Positions 1 through 6,208 of a stretch of 9,151 nucleotides of DNA are shown one piece after another. The position numbers were made by a program, and so were the translations under genes. Source of the DNA: Promethearchaeota archaeon (GTDB lineage Archaea > Asgardarchaeota > Odinarchaeia > Odinarchaeales > JBHLKK01). The stretch covers positions 1-9,151 of the forward strand of contig JBHLPL010000079.1 of NCBI GenBank assembly GCA_048939465.1, written 5' to 3'. The stretch's first letter is position 1; the number at the start of each line of letters is the position of its first letter. The notes beneath the pieces were generated by a model. The model worked only from the letters and a program-made list of their open reading frames with translations. It was not told the DNA's origin and made no database searches.

Positions 1-135
1 GATGGGAAGGTACTAAAGCGCTAAGGTTTTTTCTCTGCAGGATACTGATGAAGGGTTGGAAAATCGTCAGGAAACTGTGAAAAGGTCATGAAAAGCAGAT
101 GTAGAATCATTCTGTAATGCGCGCGTGCAGTCGAA

Positions 136-150
136 CGAAAGATTTATATA
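136..150 (+). promoter_or_regulatory. Archaeal promoter (BRE + TATA box) for hsp20 / heat-shock cluster
   Basis: CGAAAGA (136-142, purine-rich BRE) is directly followed by TTTATATA (143-150), about 40 nt upstream of the hsp20 ORF. Confidence 0.75.
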
Positions 151-189
151 GGGGTTTACTAATCTCGGTATATTACCTAAAGTAGTATA

Positions 190-744
190 GTGGAGGGAGT
201 AATAACGTCTAAGAAACAAAAAAAGAAGAAAGAAACCGTAGAATCTCCATCTTCAGAGGAGCGTGCTATGGTAGAGCGACCTACTCGTGATACTGCTCTA
301 TGGAGAGGCTTTGACAACATTCTCGAGGATTTCAGAAGATCTCTCGACGATCTTATGTCCCCTTGGTTGCCAGTGCGAACTTTCTTGTCAAGGACAAGGA
401 CGGGTCTTCCCATCAGAGCACCTCTCGTCGATCTGATCGACAAGGGCGACAAGTATGTCGTCAGAGCTGAACTTCCGGGTTACAGCAAAGACATGATCGA
501 CGTGGAACTAAACAAAGATATGGTAAGCCTGAAAGCCGAAAAGAAAACAGAGGAAGAAGAAAAAACTACGGATTACCTACACAGAGAACGAACCTATACC
601 GCATGTCAACGAACAATAAACTTTCCCGAAGAAGTTGATCCGTCCAAAGCTGACGCAACAATGAAGGATGGGATCCTGGAGCTACGGATGCCCAAGAAAG
701 AACCTAAACCAGAGGAAAGGATGAGAAAAGTCGAACTAAAGTAA
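190..744 (+). CDS. hsp20: Small heat shock protein, Hsp20/alpha-crystallin family (start uncertain: GTG190, ACG205 or ATG268)
   Basis: Alpha-crystallin domain motifs PLVDLIDKGDKYVVRAELPG, YLHRER, RTINFPEEVDPSKADATMKDGILELRMPK and a C-terminal V-x-L (KVELK). ATG268 has an SD-like GAGGAG at 256-261 and gives 158 aa. Confidence 0.95.
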   Translation: MEGVITSKKQKKKKETVESPSSEERAMVERPTRDTALWRGFDNILEDFRRSLDDLMSPWLPVRTFLSRTRTGLPIRAPLVDLIDKGDKYVVRAELPGYSKDMIDVELNKDMVSLKAEKKTEEEEKTTDYLHRERTYTACQRTINFPEEVDPSKADATMKDGILELRMPKKEPKPEERMRKVELK

Positions 745-780
745 AGAGGAAGAATGAATACACTCCCCCATCATTACCCA

Positions 781-790
781 CCTTTTTTGG
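781..790 (+). terminator. Possible oligo-T terminator after hsp20
   Basis: CCTTTTTTGG (T6 at 783-788) lies about 40 nt after the hsp20 stop, in a pyrimidine-rich spacer. Confidence 0.4.
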
Positions 791-811
791 AAAAATGACA
801 ATGAGGGATTT

Positions 812-1516
812 GTGATAGAGGCTGATTTAGATTCAATTTTGACGATTCTGGAGAACCCTACGCGGAGAGAGATCATTAAAAGGCTGAGCGAAGAGCCAAA
901 TTATCCTCTCCGACTAGCTAAAGACTTAGGTCTTGGCCAGCAACTCGTAGCAAAACACTTGCGAATAATGGAAGACGTTGGACTGGTCACATCTTCGATT
1001 GAATCCAGTCCGCACGGACCCAAACGGAGAATATACGCTTTAAGTCAAAGCGTGTCCGTGACACTGGATGTCTCCACTCATCTTTTCAAGGCTAAAGTGG
1101 TCTCTTTCGATGCTAAACCTGAAAGACAGGAAGCCTCAGAATCCTCCGCTTCACTGATGGATAGAATGGATGAAATTTCAGAACGCTGGGGAGAACATCA
1201 TAGGATTAAACCGTTTACAACAATAATATCTGACATCGACGAGGAACTTGAGGCTCTTGAGAACGAACGATCCGTCCTCCTATACATCAGGAATTATGCC
1301 CTGAAAGAAGCCTCACATATAATTGAGACTTTTGAGAACTCAGATACAAGAAGAATACTTTATCACACCCTAGATGAACGTGATGTTACCATCAAAGGCA
1401 TTTCTGAATCACTGAATTTGAGAGAGGCTGTGGTGCGGCAGGTTCTGTCAAAACTTAAAAAGGATTTCAATATTGGGGTTGAAAACGTTGAAGAAGAAAC
1501 AAAGGAAAACACGTAA
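812..1516 (+). CDS. ArsR-like winged-HTH transcriptional regulator, Phr/HSR1 (COG1777)-type heat-shock repressor
   Basis: GTG start after GAGGGA (803-808). The N-terminal wHTH LENPTRREIIKRL..LAKDLGLGQQLVAKHLRIMEDVGLV..GPKRRIY resembles Pyrococcus Phr as I recall it (LGNETRRRIL..LSRELGVGQKAVLEHLRILEEAGLI..GRPRKYY). It has a central coiled coil and lies between hsp20 and grpE. Confidence 0.85.
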   Translation: MIEADLDSILTILENPTRREIIKRLSEEPNYPLRLAKDLGLGQQLVAKHLRIMEDVGLVTSSIESSPHGPKRRIYALSQSVSVTLDVSTHLFKAKVVSFDAKPERQEASESSASLMDRMDEISERWGEHHRIKPFTTIISDIDEELEALENERSVLLYIRNYALKEASHIIETFENSDTRRILYHTLDERDVTIKGISESLNLREAVVRQVLSKLKKDFNIGVENVEEETKENT

Positions 1517-1532
1517 AGAGAAACGAGTTCCT

Positions 1533-2057
1533 ATGGAAGAGACGACAGAAAAAGGAGAATTCGAAGTAAAGGTAAAGAAACTTGAAGGAGAATTGGAGGA
1601 AGAGCAAGAGAAAACCAGAGAATATTTAAACCGTCTAAAATATCTGCAGGCGGACTTCGAGAATTACAGAAAACGTGTGGAAAAGGAAGTTCAAGAAGCG
1701 ACCCAAAGAAGCAACGAGAAACTAATTGCAGACCTAATCGTCATCCTGGATGATCTCGAAAGCGCAATTTCCGCGGGAAAAACAGCAGAAAATAAAGACG
1801 CTCTAGTAGAGGGGATCGAAATGGTTTATGAGAAGTTGAATGGACTATTAGAAAAAGAAGGATTAGTAAGAATCGAGTGTGTTGGACGTCCCTTCGATCC
1901 AAACACACAGGAAGTTCTAGCTGAGGTACTCACAAAAAACCATCAACGGGGAACCGTTATTGAAGAAGCTAGAAAAGGCTTCATGTTCAAAGGCAAAGTC
2001 CTTAGACCAAGCATAGTGAGAATTGCTCGTGAAGATTCAGCAGGTGAAAAGAAATGA
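1533..2057 (+). CDS. grpE: Nucleotide exchange factor GrpE (likely start ATG1533, 174 aa; ORF track extends to TTG1473, which overlaps the regulator)
   Basis: Motifs [65 protein letters not shown]. The stop overlaps the dnaK start (ATGA, 2054-2057). Confidence 0.96.
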   Translation: MEETTEKGEFEVKVKKLEGELEEEQEKTREYLNRLKYLQADFENYRKRVEKEVQEATQRSNEKLIADLIVILDDLESAISAGKTAENKDALVEGIEMVYEKLNGLLEKEGLVRIECVGRPFDPNTQEVLAEVLTKNHQRGTVIEEARKGFMFKGKVLRPSIVRIAREDSAGEKK

Positions 2058-3922
2058 GTGAAACAAAAACTAGGGAAAGGATATTGGGAATAGATCTCGG
2101 AACAACCAATTCCGCAGCGGCCATCATGGAGGCCGGAAGGCCAGTGATAATACCGAGTGCGGAGGGTCCCACCATCGCAGGCAAGATGTTTCCGTCAGTA
2201 GTCGCGTTCACCAAGGATGATCAGTTGCTCGTCGGCGAACCTGCGCTCAGACAATCCGTCACAAACCCCGAGGGGACCATTTTCGAGATCAAGAGGAAGA
2301 TGGGAACAGACTACAAAGTGAACATACACGGCAAAGAGTATACTCCACAGCAAGTCTCAGCCTTCATTCTACAGAAGATAAAAAGAGATGCGGAAACGTT
2401 CCTCGGTGAGAAACTGAAGAAGTGCATAATCACTGTTCCCGCTCACTTTAACGACAACCAGAGGCAGGCGACCAAGGACGCTGGCGAGATCGCAGGGTTC
2501 GAGATTTCAAGGATCATAAACGAACCAACAGCTGCCTCCCTGGCGTATGGTCTTGACAAGCTGGAGAAAGAGATGAAGATCATGGTTTTCAGCTTCGGAG
2601 GGGGAACCAACGACACCACCATTATGGACTTCGGCGGCGGCGTCTTCGAGGTATTGGGCACAAGCGGCGATACACGACTTGGCGGAACCGACCTAGACAA
2701 CGCCGTTGTTCAGCACATCCTCAAAGAGTTTCGTGATCAGACGGGTATCGATCTCAGTGGCGACAAGATGGCCATGCGAAGGCTTAAGGAAGCGGCTGAG
2801 AAGGCGAAGATAGAGCTTTCCACATTGACGACCACTGACATCGATCTTCCCTTCATCGCCTCCGACGGCAGCGAGCCCAAACACCTACACACTACTCTGA
2901 ACAGAGCCAAGCTTGAGGAATTGACGCAACCGATCGTTCAAAAGGTCAAGGAACCGATAATGCGAACTCTCTCAGACGCCAAGCTCAAGCCAAAGGATGT
3001 AGACAAGATTATCCTCATCGGCGGTCAAACAAGAATGCCTTTAGTAAGAAAGTTCGTAGAAGATTTAATGGGTAAACCCGCTGAACGAGGGGTAGACCCC
3101 ATGGAATGCGTCGCAGACGGCGCTGCTATCCAAGGCGGAGTTTTAGCTGGGGAGGTAAAGGATCTCCTACTCCTAGATGTCACACCCCTATCGTTGGGCG
3201 TCGAAACTCTGGGCGGTGTCTTTACGAAGATTATGGAGAGAAATACAACAATACCAACTAAGAGAAGCCAGATATTCTCAACAGCCGCAGATTTCCAAAC
3301 TGCTGTGACCATCAACGTACTACAGGGAGAAAGATCCATGGCTGCCGACAACATTTCGTTAGGTATGTTTAACCTCACCGGGATACCTCCGGCACCTAGA
3401 GGTGTCCCCCAGATTGAGGTAACGTTCGACATCGATGCCGATGGCATATTAAATGTCTCGGCCAAGGATATGGCTACTGGAAAGGAGCAGAAAATCACCA
3501 TTACAGCCTCAACAAAACTCTCAGAGAAGGAAAAGGAACGTATGATGAAAGAGGCTGAAGAATTCGCCGAAGAGGACAAAAGAAGAAGGGAGGAGGCCGA
3601 AGTTCGCAACAACGCTGACTCACTAATCTTTACAGCTGAGAAAACAAAGAAGGATCTAGCCGACAAGCTCGGGAAGGAACAAGTAGAGAGGATAGATAAC
3701 GCAGTTGCCAAACTGAGAGAAACGCTGAGCAGTAAAGACACAGAGAAGATCAAGGCTAAGAACGAGGAGTTGGCGAAGGTTCTACAAGAAGTTGGAACGG
3801 TCGTTTACCAGCAAGCGGCAGCGGAGCGAGCGCAGCAAGGAAAAAGGGAGGAGGCTAAAGAGCGCAAAGAGAAAGTTGTTGATGCTGATTATGAAGAAGT
3901 CAAAGAAGAGAAGGAGGAATAG
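2054..3922 (+). CDS. dnaK: Hsp70 chaperone DnaK, 622 aa
   Basis: Motifs [55 protein letters not shown] (linker), [16 protein letters not shown] and C-terminal [10 protein letters not shown]-like AGGTGA at 2042-2047. Confidence 0.99.
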   Translation: MSETKTRERILGIDLGTTNSAAAIMEAGRPVIIPSAEGPTIAGKMFPSVVAFTKDDQLLVGEPALRQSVTNPEGTIFEIKRKMGTDYKVNIHGKEYTPQQVSAFILQKIKRDAETFLGEKLKKCIITVPAHFNDNQRQATKDAGEIAGFEISRIINEPTAASLAYGLDKLEKEMKIMVFSFGGGTNDTTIMDFGGGVFEVLGTSGDTRLGGTDLDNAVVQHILKEFRDQTGIDLSGDKMAMRRLKEAAEKAKIELSTLTTTDIDLPFIASDGSEPKHLHTTLNRAKLEELTQPIVQKVKEPIMRTLSDAKLKPKDVDKIILIGGQTRMPLVRKFVEDLMGKPAERGVDPMECVADGAAIQGGVLAGEVKDLLLLDVTPLSLGVETLGGVFTKIMERNTTIPTKRSQIFSTAADFQTAVTINVLQGERSMAADNISLGMFNLTGIPPAPRGVPQIEVTFDIDADGILNVSAKDMATGKEQKITITASTKLSEKEKERMMKEAEEFAEEDKRRREEAEVRNNADSLIFTAEKTKKDLADKLGKEQVERIDNAVAKLRETLSSKDTEKIKAKNEELAKVLQEVGTVVYQQAAAERAQQGKREEAKERKEKVVDADYEEVKEEKEE

Positions 3923-3957
3923 GCTCTATTCTTCTCCCAACCTCAGGTTGACAGCTG

Positions 3958-4005
3958 ATGACCAACAAGCAAGATTATTACGAAGTCCTCAGAGTGCACA
4001 CATAA
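3958..4005 (+). pseudogene. dnaJ: dnaJ 5' remnant (MTNKQDYYEVLRVHT*)
   Basis: ATG 35 nt after the dnaK stop encodes KQDYYEVLRV, matching the J-domain start KRDYYEVLGV (AGA is one base from GGA). It sits in the canonical dnaJ position and stops after 15 codons at the tRNA 3' end. Confidence 0.8.
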
Positions 4006-4091
4006 TGGTAGCCCGGAGGAGATTCGAACTCCTGTCAGCGGGTCCAAAGCCCGCTATGCTTAGCCATTATTGGCCACTACACCACCGGGCT
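4006..4091 (-). tRNA. tRNA-Gln(UUG) with encoded CCA and a 10-nt insert in the D-loop
   Basis: Minus strand reads AGCCCGG TG GTGT AGTGGCCAA[TAATGGCTAA] GCAT A GCGGG CTTTGGA CCCGC TGAC AGGAG TTCGAAT CTCCT CCGGGCT A CCA. Acceptor, anticodon and T stems pair fully. A1:U72 is typical of archaeal tRNA-Gln. Length is 86 nt, or 76 nt without the insert. Confidence 0.95.
4060..4069 (-). other. Putative non-canonical tRNA intron at position 21/22 (TAATGGCTAA)
   Basis: Exon GGCC (18-20a) pairs with insert GGCT as a 4-bp helix. Cutting 2 nt 3' of each helix strand removes exactly 10 nt and restores the D-loop AGTGGCCAA. Confidence 0.6.
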
Positions 4092-4161
4092 ATAGTTTCT
4101 GGTGTCTTGTACTAATTTGTAATCAATACCACTTCTTTTTAAGAATTCTCTTTTGGTCTGC

Positions 4162-4168
4162 AAAAAAA
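4162..4168 (-). terminator. Oligo-T terminator of the ribophorin-like gene
   Basis: T7 on the minus strand, 4 nt after the TAA stop at 4173-4175. Confidence 0.6.
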
Positions 4169-4172
4169 GGGA

Positions 4173-5918
4173 TTAGAGAGTCTCTTCTTTTAACCGGATT
4201 AGCAACTTATCCATTCTTGATGATGTCTTTTTTAGTTTGTTCTCAAGATCACGTCGAAGTTTTTGATATGCTGCCGCGCTTATACGGTGCCTACGGTATC
4301 TCGATTCCAGGTGTACTAGGGATGTTTTTACACTTTCTCTTTCCGCTTCCCTTATTTCCAGTTGTTTTACTGTGTGCGCGTATCTTCCTCCTGCTTTGCT
4401 TAGTTTGGGCCTCAGCTTGGCAATGTCTTTCTCTATACCTGCTATATTCTTCTTGTACGAAGCAGTCTGTTTCTGGTACTCCCGTTTCTTGATCTTCCGG
4501 CGTTGGAATCTCTCATCCAGCTTTCCCATTTCAAGCAATAGGGCGATTTTTTCTTCATACAAACTGCAGAATTGACGAAGAACGGGATACGCTACAGCAC
4601 GCTCCACGACAACCAATGGCTCAGCCTCTGGACGTAATTTCTTTGTCGTTACGTATGCTGCTGCAATCACACCTATAATTAGTGTAAACAACAACGGTCG
4701 AGTGAGTGCAGCTAACAGGGACGGATTATAGCTTATCTCTAGGCTGATTTGATGGAAGGAGGTAACATTGTACGATCCATAGGTGATTATTTCTTGTGCT
4801 TCTGACGAAACATTTGCAGGAGGATTTGTAGAGGTTGATGAGCCCCCAGGTGGCAATATTACAACAATTTCCTGATGCTGGATAGTCCAGTTGATGGTAT
4901 TCGGGATGATTGTTAGCCTCGGTGTTCCTGATTCTACGCTCTGAATTGTATCAATTGGCACTCTGTAGTTTACGTAGAACTTGTAGGTTTGATTGGTCCA
5001 GAGGACATACCTGAAGGTTATTTCAAGAATGTTCATATCAGAATCATTGAGCTCTATAATGGACATGGAAATACTGCCGAGATCATCAGAGACGGTTATG
5101 TCATTCGCGTCTTTGGAAACCGGTACCTCGTGAGTACTAACGGCATTGGAAGACATTCTAATGTTTTTCACGACCAGCTCATAGGTATCCTTGATATTGA
5201 CTATTCCCCACGTGCCTACGTTGACTTCACGTTGAGCCAAGATATATTTGATCAACGGTTTTTCCGTGTAAGTCCACTCTACGTATAAAGCGGTAAAATT
5301 CAGCGGTAGAATATCTGTCCCGTTGAATTCTCTTGGCGTCGGTTCAACTATCGAGCCATTTACAGGAGCCCTAATCGATACATTACAGAAAGTTGTGTTA
5401 TAGGGTGTGGTTGGATAGGCATATAGGTCTGCATAATACCTACCTTCCCAACGCGGAAGGACCATGTCACCAAAGACCAGAATAAGGTTATATGTGTAGT
5501 TTTCACCAGGAGCTACTGAATCAGAGAGTGTAATGGTCCAGGCTGTGTTGTTTTCATCAAGTGAGTAACTCGCAGAAATAGGAAGAGATGCACCAGTTCC
5601 ATTATATGCGGACATGTAATAGAGATAGCCGGTCAGATTACTTCTGAGCGTAGCAATTACAAAATCTGTAGAGCTAGATCCAGTATTGTTTACAACAAAA
5701 GTATCATTCACAGCTATCAGCCCGTACCCATTTATTTGCACCGTCCTGTTTACTATGTTATTGATTAGAAAATCTTGAGGTGGAGTGGGCTGCTGTGTTG
5801 TAGATGTGGGGCTCTGAATTAATGTAGCAATTGCGAATGTGAGTACTGCCAAGATAACCAGTGTCTTTAGTCTCTTCAATGGAACACCCCAGCATCTTTT
5901 TCTCAGGAGGGATTTCAT
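4173..5918 (-). CDS. Ribophorin I (Rpn1/Ost1)-like type I membrane glycoprotein, 581 aa
   Basis: Architecture: basic-then-hydrophobic signal region (about aa 15-34), beta-rich extracellular part with 17 N-x-S/T sequons (hand count), TM helix about aa 401-423, charged helical cytoplasmic tail. Motifs parallel eukaryotic ribophorin I as I recall it: LINNIVNRTV (vs LINEDVKRTV), REVNVGTWGIVNIKDTY (vs RVIEVSHWGNIAVEE), DDLGSIS (vs DEIGNVS), FRYVLWTNQTYKFYVNYRVP (vs [20 protein letters not shown]), IVVILPPG (vs KIILPEG). Confidence 0.75.
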   Translation of the reverse strand: MKSLLRKRCWGVPLKRLKTLVILAVLTFAIATLIQSPTSTTQQPTPPQDFLINNIVNRTVQINGYGLIAVNDTFVVNNTGSSSTDFVIATLRSNLTGYLYYMSAYNGTGASLPISASYSLDENNTAWTITLSDSVAPGENYTYNLILVFGDMVLPRWEGRYYADLYAYPTTPYNTTFCNVSIRAPVNGSIVEPTPREFNGTDILPLNFTALYVEWTYTEKPLIKYILAQREVNVGTWGIVNIKDTYELVVKNIRMSSNAVSTHEVPVSKDANDITVSDDLGSISMSIIELNDSDMNILEITFRYVLWTNQTYKFYVNYRVPIDTIQSVESGTPRLTIIPNTINWTIQHQEIVVILPPGGSSTSTNPPANVSSEAQEIITYGSYNVTSFHQISLEISYNPSLLAALTRPLLFTLIIGVIAAAYVTTKKLRPEAEPLVVVERAVAYPVLRQFCSLYEEKIALLLEMGKLDERFQRRKIKKREYQKQTASYKKNIAGIEKDIAKLRPKLSKAGGRYAHTVKQLEIREAERESVKTSLVHLESRYRRHRISAAAYQKLRRDLENKLKKTSSRMDKLLIRLKEETL

Positions 5919-5977
5919 TCTTTATCGATTGTGTCCTGCCCCCGATGCAATTACCTCAACTACTTCAACTATAAGCA

Positions 5978-5992
5978 ATTATAAGTTTTTGT
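5978..5992 (-). promoter_or_regulatory. Candidate BRE/TATA for the ribophorin-like gene
   Basis: Minus strand reads ACAAAAA-CTTATAAT, about 60 nt upstream of ATG5918. Confidence 0.5.
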
Positions 5993-6152
5993 ATCGAGGC
6001 ATCAGATTCAAGTAATCTCTAGGTTTTTGTTAATGTTTGGTCACAATGACCCTATAAATGCCTTTCACTTCTTTATTATGTCTGTGAAATCCACCTTACT
6101 GAGTTGTGTTAACACACATAAAAAAAGGAGCTATTTTAACCTTTGGTGTTTT

Positions 6153-6200
6153 GAGAAAAAACTAATATAGAAAACTCTTCCTTAGGAAGCAGTGGGTGGA
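6153..6200 (+). promoter_or_regulatory. Candidate gcvPA promoter and ribosome-binding site
   Basis: GAGAAAAAA (BRE-like) then CTAATATAG (6162-6170, TATA-like). The palindrome CTTCCT-T-AGGAAG is at 6177-6189 and SD-like GGTGGA at 6195-6200 lies 8 nt before ATG6209. Confidence 0.5.
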
Positions 6201-6208
6201 ATAATGCC

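Noticed and set aside
1-32. Possible 3' end of an upstream gene (..DGKVLKR* followed by T6)
   Set aside because: Only 7 codons are visible, so it cannot be assigned.
177-452. 91-aa minus-strand ORF
   Set aside because: Antisense to hsp20. Its poly-Phe stretch mirrors the poly-Lys codons.
795-815. 6-codon upstream ORF (ATGACAATGAGGGATTTGTGA) overlapping the regulator's GTG start
   Set aside because: Too short to distinguish from chance, with no supporting SD.
3025-3753. 242-aa minus-strand ORF (also 2002..2214, 2443..2700 and 2693..2884)
   Set aside because: Antisense shadows of dnaK/grpE. They are Ser/Leu/Phe-rich mirrors of Glu/Lys codons, and long antisense ORFs opposite hsp70 genes are a known artefact.
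3958-4025. dnaJ stump as the first exon of a spliced or trans-spliced gene
   Set aside because: No BHB half-site with proper geometry was found at the break. The TCCTC/GAGGA pairing with the tRNA antisense is short and likely chance.
3792-4115. 107-aa + strand ORF crossing the dnaK end and the tRNA
   Set aside because: Out-of-frame overlap with dnaK that then reads the antisense of the tRNA. No recognisable domain.
4070-5288. + strand ORFs 4070..4492, 4372..4575 and 4989..5288
   Set aside because: Antisense to the ribophorin-like gene, with no motifs or ribosome-binding signals.
6001-6208. Glycine riboswitch upstream of gcvPA
   Set aside because: No GGAGA/CCGAAG/CTCTCAGG aptamer motifs are visible, and the region is AT-rich and promoter-like.
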